A DNA stretch of 64,000 nt from Octopus vulgaris (Eukaryota): contig OX597820.1 of the NCBI GenBank assembly GCA_951406725.2, positions 98,766,001 to 98,830,000 of the forward strand. Reading direction: 5' to 3'. The first letter of the stretch is position 1. Each line of letters starts with the position of its first letter. This document shows positions 11,401 to 24,212 of the stretch, piece by piece. Position numbers and translations under genes: made by a program. Under the pieces are notes generated by a model that saw nothing but the letters and a program-made list of their open reading frames with translations, was not told the origin of the DNA and searched no databases.

Positions 11401-12886
11401 TATGTACATTTTCTCCTGTTTTTTAACTATTTAAATTCTTCCTCTGAGGAAGTAGCTGGTTTCAGTTAAAGATACAACGCTCCATCGTTGGAATACAGAT
11501 AATAAAAACAATCTTACATTTTAAAATTTCGAAGCAGTTGTCTATAGTTATCTTCTTTCAGAGATATTCACATCAGCACGGCAGTTGACCTGTAGAACGG
11601 TACATATCTTTTCTTCTTTGTCCTAAGCAAAGATATTCAGCCTGTCGTGTTTACAGTTGGCAGATGTTTTGATGGAAACGTTCCACCAATATTCCTTGTG
11701 TTGCTGTTTGTCTATGTATTCAATAATAGGGATTTCTCTATATCGACCTATAACCAGCAGATATCTATCAGTTACAGAGGAAGAGTCTAGTGGCTAAATA
11801 TGCATTTCTGTTTCTTAGAACGTCATCAATAGCAAGCATCCACTAGCAACTGCATGGTAAGACAAATTCAGTCTGCACTGATGTAGAAAAAAAGTGATCA
11901 TCAAATCACTGATGTTGCAATTAGCTGGCAGAGGATTAAACATTTTTATAAATGACTGAAACAGTATTAGTTCAAAATAGCATTCTGTATATTATACTTA
12001 ATGTACTTTTCCTGGGGAAAACCAGGAAACTACGGAGTTCATATCAAGAAAACATCTTGTACAGACGTATCATGCTAGAAACACAGAAATATATCAGTAG
12101 CAGACAAGATACTTTCTCGAGGCAAAGACTTCTGTTTCCAGGCTTTCTACAGCATATCTACGTTAAGTATAATATATAGAACCTTATTTCGAATTAATAT
12201 TGCTTCCGTCGGTAATAAAAAATAATAATATTTTAATAATCATTTTTATATTAATATCATACATACACACATACATACATACATACATACATACATATTT
12301 ACATACATATTTAAGTAAATATATGCATACATATTCATCTACTTCGTAGGATATTACGAAGAAAATCTATACTGAAATGCATCCATGCATTTTGAAGAGA
12401 GCTACATTAAACATAAAATTTTAACGAAACCACAGGAAATGCAACTCCTGAGCAATAATCCCACCAAATTTTCACTCATTGACCGAGATTGTTTAAGGCT
12501 AGTTCTTAGCCACACAAGAGTGCATAAAACGAAGCAAGTTAATAAACCTATGCTACTTGAAAGAACATAGTCTACGAATCGTGCACTAATTACAATCTCT
12601 CCACTGGTGGTCCAAAGAGACACATGTCCGTACACAAAGCCAAGTGAGGTGTCGTGAGTCTGTGCTACATTTAAGTGAGAAGTGACATTAATAACTGTAG
12701 TAAAAGCTTCAGTTGTTCAGCTGGGTCGAAACGCACGTTCAGTTCTCTGCATATTAAGGAGTAATGGTTATGTTGAACGTTGAGTTTACCATGACGTATA
12801 AATGTATGTATGTATGTATGTATGTATGTATGTATGTATGTATGTATGTATGTATGTATGTGTGTGTGTGTGTGTATGTAAGTTAT

Positions 12887-13440
12887 GTCAGGTCACTTTC
12901 GAGTGCTACTGGTAACATGTAACCTAGTACAACCTGATGCATGGTCGGGTCGTCGGCGACTAAACCGGCAACCCCACCAAGCTTGCTTGGTGAGGAGGGT
13001 GTTTATTGGACACCCTGCGGGAGGAAAAACAAAACCCGTCAAAGGGCGGAGGAACTCTTGAGAGTCAACAGCCATCCAATAAATGTCTTAAGGCTGTATC
13101 ATGCGCGGGGACATAGAAATAATCGGACTGAATACCCGATCGCGCGGTTAAACCATTGGGAGTGAAGGACTCCTAGCATTGTTAGGGCATCCTTCTAGGA
13201 GAAGGTAACTCAGGTAACTGGGATAACTCCGATATAAAAACCTGCGACTCAGTGGTTACCGATGATGTTGACTTGTTCTTCTTTTCGGATTATGGCTGCT
13301 GTTGCTTAGTGAGTGGGATTGACTCAGTGCACAGCCTTTCCTCACTTAAAAAAAATCTTCTTGTACAGGCATTGCACGATAACAACATTGATTAAGCTTC
13401 GTACAATGGTCATTCTCGATAACGATGGGGCAGCCACCGT
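12887..13440 (+). mobile_element. Non-autonomous RTE-derived element between (TGTA)n tracts
   Basis: GC-richer ~550 bp island carrying gggcatccttctaggagaaggtaactc, a motif typical of RTE 5' UTRs; no ORF. Confidence 0.55.
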
Positions 13441-13614
13441 GTATGTATGTATGTGTGTATGTATGTATGTATGTATGTATGTATGTACGTATGTATGTTT
13501 GAAGAGCTCTTAAATATATTAATTTGTCACTATTGGAGAACTGAGAAAGTACGCCAAGACTGGATTAGTTTCCTTGTTGAAATCTGGGCCAAAGTATATG
13601 TGGTAATTTTCGTG

Positions 13615-15373
13615 GGATTTCGCTTTTGTCTGTGGTTGGAAAGGTACTTGCCCGCATTTTGTTAGAACGTTTAAATACCTTCATAGTTCCAAATATAGTG
13701 TCTGAGTCTCAGTGTGGTTTTCGTTCCTCCAGGGACACAGCTGATTGTATATTTACATTCAGACAATTACAAGAAAAGTGCATTGAACAGAATCTTGCTC
13801 TATACCATTGCTTTGTTGATTTGCGCAAAGCATTCGGTACCGTTAATCGAAATGCTCTGTGGCTAATTCTAAAGAAAATAGGTTGCCCAGAAAAGTTTGT
13901 AAACATGATCAGGGCTTTTCATCAAGATATGAAAGCTAGAGTTAACTTTGAATCATTTGCCGTGGAAAATGGAGTAAAGTAAGGAGACCTTGATGCACCC
14001 ACTCTCTTTGCAATATACTTTGCTGCTGTGTTGTCACATGCTTTTCAAAACTCCGAGGAAAATATTTACATAAAATATCGAACCACAGGAAATGTTTTTA
14101 ATCTGACCAGACTGAAATTCAAAACGAAGGTTTTACTTCGCTCATTAGGGAACTTTTATGCGCTGACTATTGCGATCTTGTCAGTCACTGTGAAACAGGT
14201 CTGCAATTTGTAGCTGCATTTGACTCAGCTTGTGATAATATTGGCTTGACCATCAACTTGAAAAAAACAGTTGTAATGCATCAACCTGTGGGTGGTACTG
14301 TTTGAAACCCCGCTAAAATTTTTGTTAAGAGTAAGTTACTTAAGGTTGTCCATTCGTTCATCTAGTTTGGAAGCTCTGTACAAAATTATGGAAATCTTAA
14401 TACAGAAATACATCTGCAAATTCAAAGAGCAGCAAAAGCATTTGGTGGCTTGTGGTCACGCGTTTGGTGCCAGCGACATATAAGTAACAATACAAAGTTG
14501 GCTCTTTACAAATCATCCCTGTTGTATTCTTGTGAAACATGGACATATTATGAGAGACATTTAAAATTGTTAGACCAATTCCACCAAAAATTCCTTCATC
14601 GCATTTTAAACATTAAATTGAGTTCTTTTACTCCAAACACAGATGTCCTTGCATCTGCAGGCATCACCTGAATTAAAGCTATGATTCTGAGGAACCAAAT
14701 GAGATGGTGTGGCCATATTGTTCGAATGGTGGGTGAATGCATGCTGAAACAGCTGTTTTATGGTGACCTTGCAGAGAGGAAACGCAGTCGATGGAAACCT
14801 AAAAAAAGGTTTAAGGACGGCATAAGGTCTGCTATGAAGTCACATGAAATGGATCCAGAAGATATAGAAACCCTTGCTTCGGATCGAGCTGGATGGAGTG
14901 AAAGCGTTTGAAGAGGCCAGGATAACGCATGTAAGACTCAAAACAGATCTAAGAAAGAATGTAACGATCGAGTATGTGACCTTTTTGTGTGCACAACATG
15001 TGACGGACCATGCACTTCTTTTGCTGGGCTCAAATCTCATTTGCGAACTCATGGAAAACGAACCTCCACCAACTATTTTGCCTATATGTCTGTGCATACC
15101 TTTGAATGCAGTGTAAGCCAGAAGATTTGCATATCTAACGGACGCCTCAAAAGACACTTTAAGATCCACAAAGATCAGAAATTATCTACAGCTCTTGGTG
15201 GTCCAAAACCGATGTGCAATCTATGTGTGTGTCCTTTCAGAACATTGTCTGGTTTAAAAAATCACATCAGATGCCATGATAGTTCTAAGGTGTAGGAACG
15301 TTAATTTCACGAGCAGGCTGTTCTGTTGATCGGATCAACTGGAACCCTCATCGTCGTAGCCAACGGAGTGCCA
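13615..15373 (+). mobile_element. 5'-truncated, decayed RTE (BovB-like) LINE: RT domain, C-terminal C2H2 zinc fingers, 3' UTR
   Basis: [78 protein letters not shown]; several stops and frameshifts. Confidence 0.92.
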
Positions 15374-15590
15374 CGTTTCTACTGGTCTCTGAATTGAGGC
15401 TAAGGCTCTGTTCAATGATGTGGAAATGAATCCCGATGTCCTCCATGTCAGTTAACTTTTCCTCAACTACAACTTTATGCCGTCCGAGTTTTCACCAATA
15501 CATCAGGCTTTTCCTGGAAAAAAAAAAACACCGTCAAATTTAACCTGAACACCCTGTAGGTTGAATCAAAAAGCGAATAATTCAGTCGTG

Positions 15591-15658
<68 letters not shown>

Positions 15659-16084
15659 CCTCTGTGTGTGTGTGTATGTGTGTGTGTGTGTGTGCATCGA
15701 ACAAGGGAGATCCAACCATTCAAAACGTAAATAAAGAAGTACAGCAAATATGAAAAAGAAATAATAAACAGTATAATGCATGCTAAACGTACAGTAATTA
15801 ATTTAGCTAACAGCTGTTAAAACAGTTATAAAACAACGCTTCTATATTGCAAAATAAAATATCTATATAATAATGGTTTTTGATTTAAACACAAGGCTAG
15901 CAGTTTTGGCGAGAGGATGTTAGTCTATTACATAAGCCCAAATTCTTCACTGGCACTTTATTTCATCGACTCCGGAAGCATAAATGCAAAGCTAACCTAA
16001 GCAGGATTAGAATTTAGAACATAAAGACTACGCTTTCCTTTTATGTTCGACGCTCTAACGATTCCGCCAATCTACCACTCTTAT

Positions 16085-16090
16085 AACAAC

Positions 16091-16131
<41 letters not shown>

Positions 16132-16155
16132 TGATGATGATGATGATGATGAAGA

Positions 16156-16189
<34 letters not shown>

Positions 16190-16192
16190 GGG

Positions 16193-16223
<31 letters not shown>

Positions 16224-16236
16224 GGTGGTGGTGATG

Positions 16237-16268
<32 letters not shown>

Positions 16269-16277
16269 GAGAAGAAG

Positions 16278-16309
<32 letters not shown>

Positions 16310-16428
16310 GAAGGAGAAGGAGAAGGAGAAGGAGAAGAAGAAGAAGAAGAAGAAGAAGAAGAAGAAGAAGAAGAAGAAGAAGAAGAAGAAGAAGAAGAAG
16401 AAGGATGATGATGATGATGATGATGATG
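16085..16428. repeat. Compound trinucleotide microsatellite (AAT)(GAT)(GGT)(AAG)
   Basis: Directly visible. Confidence 0.95.
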
Positions 16429-17795
16429 GAGTTTGGACTTCAACATGTGCTCCGATGGTAATGAAACGAGGACAGCTTGCCAGGATAGAAGGCATGTGGT
16501 TGCCAAGTGGTGAAATGATGAAGGTAATTCAACCTCAATCCAGCTATAAATACTTGGAAATTCTTGTGGCAGATGGAATCAAACACCATGACATGAAGGA
16601 AAGACAAAAACAGTACCTGCGGCGAGTGAGAAAAATATTGGCTTCAAAGTTGAAAACCAGAACCATAATTTCGGCAATAAACTCGCGCGCAGTCGCAGTA
16701 GTTTGGTATGGCGCTGGAATCCTGAAGTGGACAAAGGAGGAGCTAAAGGAAATGGACAGGAAGTCAAGAAAGCTCCTAACGATGCATGGAGCCTATTATA
16801 CATGTGCAGACAATGATTGCCCATACATGAAGAGAGCAAATGGAGACAGGGAACTGATGGGTGTGGAAGACTTCGTGCGTATCGAACTCGAGAGCTTAAT
16901 GAGATACCGAGCCCAAAGTAAAGAAACCTTGCTAGTGACAGTTAGGAACGAGGGAGTATTGAGAGCAGAGTACAAAAAGGACAGAAGTACAAAAAGGACA
17001 TGAAGAAGAATTATGCAAGAAGGAACAACACAATCAATTCCATGTAGCTACAACAGAAGTAGCTGGAGAAAATAGGAGCACTATACTGACAGCGGAGAAT
17101 CAAGCTCTGGCCTCGAGGATTGAGCAAGTGTCTCCGCCGTGCCGCATCTGCAATAGAGTGGATAATACCATTGCCCATATCACGAACGAATTCCCTAGAC
17201 TTGCCCCAAAACCACTACAAAGTGTGACGACACGACCAAGTAGCCTATGTGATACATTGGAAACTGTGCAAAAAGTGGGGGCTAGAGATAGGGAATACGT
17301 GGTATGAGCACAAACCGCAGAGAGTGACGGAGTCGGAGACTAGCAAAATCCTCCGGGATTTCTCAATCCAAGCAGATCTGGTGCTAGAGCATAAAAGACC
17401 GGACCTAGTGGTGGTGGACGAGGTGCACCACTTATGTTATATAGTTGACGTTACATGTCTCTTTGGCCAACTAATAGTCAAGAAGGAAAGTGAATAGATA
17501 CAACCCTCTTAAGTACGAAATAGCCCAACTATGGAAAATGAAGGTGAAAATACTGCCAATTATTGTTTGGTCCTTTGGGACAGTATCAGAAGACATCCAG
17601 TGGAATATGAATGAAATTGGAATAGATTGCCCAGTAGAACTGTGACAAGAGGCTTGCCTCCTTGACAAGGCCAGAATAATCAGGAAAGTATTAAACAGCG
17701 GAAAAGAACGAATAGCATGGTACCGTAGGCTGCAGGTAGTAAGCCTGCTACGCATGTAAGACTCCAAGAGCTCCAACAAAACCTGTGATAAAGAG
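16425..17795 (+). mobile_element. Decayed R4/Dong-like non-LTR retrotransposon (RT C-terminus, zinc knuckle, RLE)
   Basis: YKYLEIL..YLRRVRKILASKL..AINSRAV..WTKEELKEMDRKSRKLLTMHG; CRIC..HI; RHDQVA..IHWKLC..WYEHKP..HKRPDLVVVD..IVDV (restriction-like endonuclease). Confidence 0.88.
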
Positions 17796-17880
17796 GAAAC
17801 GATGGTGATGACGATGACTAATATAGGCACAAAGTCTGAAATTTGGGAGAGGAAAATAGCTGATTCATGTCATACTGATG

Positions 17881-17934
<54 letters not shown>

Positions 17935-17938
<4 letters not shown>

Positions 17939-18292
17939 AAATTCAAACATGCACGCAGAAATAAAATGCATTGGCAAAATGTTTTATGCTATTTAAAAGA
18001 GAATTGGGGGGGGGGGATTCTACAAGACTATTTGTTTCAATTTTTAAAATTTTACTGATGTTTGTGTATTTGCAGATCAGTAAAATGGAATGCCAAGTGG
18101 ACAAAACTGAACGTTTTCGACACTATTTGCTTTTTGCATTTAATCGAGGTGTTAAGGCCGTCGAAGCTGCTCGTGATATTTGTACTGTATAGAGAAGTAG
18201 AAATGCCTCAGAGTACAGCGCGACGTTAGTTTTCGCACTTCAAAAATGAGAATTTTGTCCTCGAGGACGGATCACATACCAGTCGACCCAAG
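17935..18292 (+). mobile_element. Mariner transposase 5' fragment
   Basis: MECQVDKTERFRHYLLFAFNRGVKAVEAARDICTV..FKNENFVLEDGSHTSRP, a mariner N-terminal HTH region. Confidence 0.8.
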
Positions 18293-18299
18293 TAAGTTC

Positions 18300-18500
18300 G
18301 AGTTTCTCCCGTTCACTCAGCTGTAGAAATGATTTTTTGACATCACTGGTGACAAGATGTATCTGTCTTTGCCTTTCCCTTGCATAACATCGATGTCGTG
18401 GAGAAGGGAGGGTGGTATGAATGGACTTGCTCGGACTTATACCACGGAGGGTAACTGTTTAGGTGCAATCCCATAGTTATTCATGACCGAAGGGGGTCTT
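18300..18500 (+). mobile_element. SINE family D 3' fragment (tail Z)
   Basis: Matches 8440-8650 (gttcactcagct..catcactggtg..catgaccgaagggggtc). Confidence 0.75.
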
Positions 18501-18519
18501 AACTCTTTATCCTTCTTTA

Positions 18520-19885
18520 TTAAAAGGCAGCAAGTAGAGAGAATCGTTAGAGCAACATTTGTTCTGACCTTTTACGTTTTGAGTTCAAATCCTGCCAAGA
18601 ATACCTTTCACTGGTCGTAATCGAAAAAACAAAGTACAGGTCAAGTACTGGCGGGGGAGCTAATTATTGCCCACAAGGGGCTAAACATAGAGGGGACAAA
18701 CAAGGACAGACAAACGGATTAAGTTGATCGCATCGACCCCAGTGCGTAACTGGTACTTAATTTACCGACCCCGAAAGGATGAAAGGCAAAGTCGACCTCG
18801 GCGGAATTTGAACTCATAACGTAACGGCAGACGAAATACCTATTTCTTTACTACCCACAAGGGGCTAAACACAGAAGGGACAAACAAGGACAGACAAACG
18901 GATTAAGTCGATTATATCGACCCCAGTGCGTAACTGGTACTTATTTAATCGACCCCGAAAGGATGAAAGGCAAAGTCGACCTCGGCGGAATTTGAACTCA
19001 GTACGTAACGGCAGACGATATACACTAAGCATTTCGCCCGGCGTGCTAACGTTTCTGCCAGCTCACCACCTTCAATCTCCTCCAAATATTGATGGTCATA
19101 TGCTTATGGACTTTCAGAATCATAAGCACGTCGGACAAATTGCTTAGCAGCATTTCATCCGTCTATACGTTCTGAGCTTAAATTTCGCAGGTGTTGGCTT
19201 TAAATAACTACCTATTTCTTTACTACCTACAAGGGGGCTAAACACAGAGGGGACAAACATAGACAGACAAATGGATTAAGTCGATCATATCGACCCCAGT
19301 GCGTAACTGGTACTTATTTAATCGACCCCGAAAGAATGAAAGGCAAAGTCGACCTCGGCGGAATTTGAACTCAGAACGTAACTGCAGACGAAATACGGCT
19401 ACGCATTTCGCCCAGCATGCTAACGTTTCTGCCAGCTCGCCGTCGATTAAGTAAGTACCAGTTTAGCACTGGAGTCGATATAAGTGACTAGGCCACTCCC
19501 CCAAATTTCAGGCCTTATGCCTAGAGTATAAAGGATTGTTATCATAAGAACATGACGAGAAGAATACAAGTACGAAGCCAGGTAGCCGCGAAGGATAAGA
19601 AGGAATAAGAACGAAAGGGAGGGAATAATAATAATAAGAAGAAGAAAAAGTTGATGATGATGATGATGATGGAAGGCATGAGCTGGCAGGTTCGTTAGCA
19701 CGCCGGACAAAACACTTAGAGACATTTCGTCTGTGTCTTTACGTTCTGAGTTCGAATTCTGACGATGTCGTCTTTATCTTCCATCCTTTCGGAGTCGATT
19801 GAATAAGTTGGGCATTTGAGTTGACTTGAGTCAACTAGCCTACTTTCCCAAAATTTCAGCCATTGTGCCTACACTAGAAGAATCA
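18520..19885. mobile_element. Nested cluster of SINE family A copies
   Basis: Young minus-strand dimer (18665-19070) and monomer (19208-19442) inserted into older plus-strand copies; a further plus-strand copy at 19672-19880. Confidence 0.85.
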
Positions 19886-20189
19886 TCATCATCGTCGTCG
19901 TCATCATCATCATTATTTTACAAAGGATTTCACCTCAAACATCGGCACTAACACCATCATCATCACCGGCATCATTTCTTCATCATCGACACCACCACCA
20001 CCAACAACAACAACAACAACAACAACACTAACACCGACACCGCCTTTAACATTAGTTTCAACACCACTACACCCCCAGCACACCAAATACTATTACAAAA
20101 CTACCACCACCACAACAACAACAAATACCACAACTACCTCAAACAGAGCACCAACAACAACAACAACAACAACACCAAGTGGTCCACCT

Positions 20190-20270
20190 CATCTTATCTC
20201 TGAACCCCGTCTCGGGATGAAAGGAAGCTGGGATGTGGCTCTGCCCATCAACCAGTTGACATATATTTCC
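20190..20270 (-). other. Candidate exon (EIYVNWLMGRATSQLPFIPRRGSEIR* in phase 0)
   Basis: Acceptor gttttattttcag followed by unique, GC-richer sequence; no family recognised. Confidence 0.3.
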
Positions 20271-20679
20271 TGAAAATAAAACGTGTCACCTATTTTCCTC
20301 TAATATGGTGCCCCTAGGGACCAACTTCTGATAAAGAGTAAACGATTTTATTTCTTTTTTTTTCACGGTCCTGTAAACAAGGCATAAAAAAAAACATTTG
20401 GGGACATACCTAAATGTGTACACCCGTGTTTTTTTTCTTCTAAAGCTGCTCAAATGGGATGATCTTTTAGCAGGAATTACAAAGAACTACAGGCCTAATT
20501 CTAAGTACATCTTTGAAAAAAACAATTAAAAAAAAAACTTGTTTTAAATTTGGTCCTTTCAGAAGTTTTTGGTGCGTCTTTATTTAAATTTCTTGTTGTT
20601 TTGTTTTGTTTCGTTCTTAACTTAAATTTCGTCTCCGCCCCTTCATGATAAACGACGATGCTCACACCACCAAACACAA

Positions 20680-20705
20680 ACGACAACACCAGTATTGTTA
20701 TCATC

Positions 20706-20736
<31 letters not shown>

Positions 20737-21140
20737 TCATCATCGTCATCGTCATCATCATCATCTACAGCAGCAGCATCACCACCACCACCGTCATCAT
20801 CATCGTCATCGCGGTCGTCGTCATCATCATCAAGATCCTCATCATCGTTTCCATTTTCTCTTCTTTTTCCTATAATCATCATCATCATCACCAACTTTTT
20901 ATTCTTCTTGTTATTCTTTCCGCCCTTTCGTCCTTATTCCTTCTCATCCTTCGTAGCTGCCTGGCTTTCGGACTTGTATTCTTTTCGTCATGTTCAAATT
21001 TTCTTCATCATCATCATCGCTATTATTGCCATTCATTATCGCTACTGTCATCATCATCATCATCGCCGTCATCAACATTACCATAGCAATCCTCCTCCAC
21101 CCCATCATCATCATCATCATCATCATCATCATTGCCATCA
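20680..21140. repeat. (CAT)n-rich low-complexity tract
   Basis: Directly visible. Confidence 0.9.
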
Positions 21141-21285
21141 TTAGTATTATATGTTTGGCTTTTGGTTTGTGTTTGCACAAGCTGACTCCAAGTCTCACCC
21201 AGAGACTCAATTTGGTGTTATGTCTAGGGTGCTATATTTTTGGTTTTGCACAGAGTATTGCTCTAGAAAATGTCTGCCAAAACAA
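21140..21285 (-). mobile_element. R4/Dong-like 3' end relic
   Basis: The reverse complement contains ctctgggtgagacttggagtc running into (ATG)n, resembling the 3' ends near 17755 and 58480. Confidence 0.35.
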
Positions 21286-21289
21286 TAAA

Positions 21290-22265
21290 TCCTTATTATC
21301 GTGCCTTGCTCCACTTCACGTCTGACTAAATTGGAACGCATGATCTTTCACTTCCTGTGAAAGGGACGCGTTCCACTTCTCAGGCGCTCCATTTGTGTCA
21401 ATGCCGTTGCTGTTGATACGCAGACATGCGCTTAGGCTACGACATCTCCAGCGCTTCCTAAAGGTGAGCAGATGTGGTCGCCTTTTGTGAAACACGATTT
21501 TCCACAGCTCGTCTCTTTGACTGAGCTGCAGTCGTAGAACAAACGTAGATCGAGGCAGGGCACCTGGCACATGAAGTGTCGTCAGCCGCTCACAGCCCTC
21601 TGTCAGTCGAACATGCGGTCGATGGAAGGTCCACTCAGGCTTGCTACAGAGGGTTAGTGGCGGACAAGTGCAACGACGTTCTCAGGCAAACTATGGGTGC
21701 CGACCAGAATGAGTTTGATGGTCTGTTCCGAAGGACTTTCGACACGGGACCTATGGATAATTTCCAGAAATCTCTGGCCTGGCAGTACTACCGAGGGGCA
21801 TTTCCGGTTCGGGATAAACTCTACAGGTGTGGATGTGCCGTCAGCCGGTCCTGCCCGAGATGCTCGTAGAGCGACGAAATTGTTCTGCACGCTCTCGTCC
21901 AGTGCCCGAACATTGCTAAATTGTGGATTTATGTCGAGCGCCTGCTGTCGCGTGTAAGATGAATCTGGCTATCGGCTGAGTCTATCCTGCCACCTTCCTT
22001 CGGCCGGGAAGGGTAGACAGTGTTTCTGTCTGGCGGTCTTAGCTAAAGAGGTTGTGTAGTGGACCAGGTTGAAAAGTTTGAAGACAGACACTTTCTTCTT
22101 TGACCAAACCCTCATCAACTTTTTCAAGTTCCACTTGAAAAGGAAAGTGAGGGTAGAGAGGGAAGTACTACCTCCCAGTAATTTTGTCAAAAAGTGGGTG
22201 AATGTAGTGCGTATGACCCGAGTGAAGGGGCCTACTCTAAGCATGCGGCACTAGATCAAGATCGG
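21290..22265 (+). mobile_element. Tx1/L1-like ORF2 3' fragment, copy 1
   Basis: KLERMIFHFL*KGRVPLLRRSIC..MDNFQKSLAWQYYRGAFPVRDKLYRCG..CPRC..HALVQC (zf-RVT region)..NFFKFHLKRKVRVE. Confidence 0.8.
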
Positions 22266-22289
22266 ACGAAAAGGAGAGGGCAATGACCT

Positions 22290-22996
22290 AAAGGTCAGGA
22301 CGGTCGTGGTTTTTGTCGGAGAACTTTCGGGCCTGGGGCCTATGGATAACTTCCAGAAATCCCTTACCTGGCAGTGATACCGAGGGGCGCTGCCTGTTCG
22401 AGATAAACTTTATATGCACGGAAGTGCCGTCAGCCGGGTCTGCCTGAGGTGCACCCAGAAGGATGAAGCCGTTCAGCACACCTCAGTCCAGTGCCCGAGT
22501 ATTGCTGACCTGTGGGTTTATGTCGAACACCTGCTGTCGCGTGTAGGTCGGATCCAACTATCAGCTGAATCCATTGTGAAGATTGCCACGCCGCCCTCTG
22601 TTCGCCGGGCGGGGAAGGCAATTTTTATTTGTCTAGTGGCTGTAGTGAAAGAGGTAATGTGGTGGACCCGTTTGAAAGGGCTAAAGACAAGCACTTTCCT
22701 CTTTGGTCAAGCCTTCATCAACTTTTTCAAGTTGAGAGTGGAGAGGGAAATGGTGACTTGTAGTAAGTTTGTTGAAGGGTGGTTGAATGTTTGGGAAATG
22801 GCCAGTGTGAAAGGACCAATTCTGAGCGTGCACCTGTAAAAAAAAAAAGAAGGGCTCTTGCCCTATTGTACAGGCACCCGTGACATTTGTGGGGTTTTTT
22901 TCACGAGGTCCTTAATGCGCCTCCCTATTGTTTTTGTCTTTTATATTGTTGTATGTGTTTTAATGTAATTTTATGTAAGCCCTTGTAGCCAATAAA
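22290..22996 (+). mobile_element. Tx1/L1-like ORF2 3' fragment, copy 2, with 3' UTR
   Basis: GPMDNFQKSLTWQ*YRGALPVRDKLYMHG..CLRC..HTSVQCPSIADLW..; ends tgtaagcccttgtagccaataaa. Confidence 0.82.
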
Positions 22997-23019
22997 CAAA
23001 TTTATCATCATCATCATCA

Positions 23020-23071
<52 letters not shown>

Positions 23072-23593
23072 CATTATTATTATTATTATTATTACTTTTA
23101 TTATTATTATTATTTTATAACAGGCGAAAAGAAAAAGACAGAAAAAAGAAGACAACAGAAAAAAAAGAAAGGAGAAAGAGAAAGAAGAATATTTAATCAA
23201 ACAGCTTTGTAACCTTGCTGGGACACCGCTTTGACTCTATTTTGTGAAAGTTTAGTACGTATATTATTGTCCGCATTACCGAACTGCTAAGTTAGGGGAA
23301 CGCAAACAAACCGGCACTGATTGTCAAGCGGTGCTGGGGGGACTGACGGGATCCTTTTCAGTTAGTCCAAGATGCCAAGCGGTAGGACTGAACCCCGAAA
23401 CACGTGGTTAGGAAGCAAACTTCTTACTACACAACCACGCCTGCGCCAAAATACGGAAAATAATATTTGTATTCATTTTTTTTACACTGGAACAGAATTG
23501 TCCACCTCGCGTCCAACCTTCACTTCATTTCTATAGTAACGGTTGAGTGTCACACTTACTTGTTTGTGATTAAATCACTGCTAATATATTAAT

Positions 23594-23975
23594 GGGAGGC
23601 GCAATGGCCCAGTGGTTAGGGCAGCGGACTCGCGGTCGTAGGATCGTGGTTTCGATTTCCAGACCGGGCGTTGTGAGTGTTTATTGAGCGAAAACACCTA
23701 AAAGCTCCACGAGGCCCCGGCAGGGGTTGGTGGTGATCCCTGCTGTACTCTTTCACCACAACTTTCCCTCACTCTTACTTCCTGTTTCTGAGGTACCTGT
23801 ATTTTAAAGGGCCGGCCTTGTCACTCTCTGTGTCACGCTGAATATCCCCGAGAACTACGTTAAGGGTACACGTGTCTGTGGAGTGCTCAACCACTAACAC
23901 GTTAATTTCACGAGCAGGCTGTTCCGTTGATTCTGATCAACCGGAACCCTCGTCGTCGGAACCGACGGAGTGCTT
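23594..23975 (+). mobile_element. tRNA-derived SINE family C with RTE-type tail X
   Basis: ggaggcgcaatggcccagtggttagggcagcggactcgcggtcg..ggtttcgatt; the tail matches the RTE 3' UTR at 15298-15373. Confidence 0.9.
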
Positions 23976-24212
23976 CAAAAAAATATATATATTAATGTAA
24001 ATAATCAAGACTTCTGACGAGGTGAAGACAGGAAAACAGCTCAGTGTTTAAATTTTGTCGAGGTATGTAAGGGCGACAACTCGGTTACAGCTCGATTAAA
24101 TGGAATTAAAACTACGTTCGGTTACAACTTCAGTTAAATAAAAATTAAAAATACGCTTGTTGTTTTCAATGGAGTCGGATATTAACTGACTTCTTCATTG
24201 GCCTCTATTTTC

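Noticed and set aside
12690-12745. GAAAC-gcac-GTT flanked by aactg/cagtt (hammerhead-like 3' half)
   Set aside because: No CUGANGA core upstream.
23594-23670. tRNA-like sequences at SINE heads (also 52066, 52677, 10350)
   Set aside because: They continue into SINE bodies and lack a complete cloverleaf; not called as tRNA genes.
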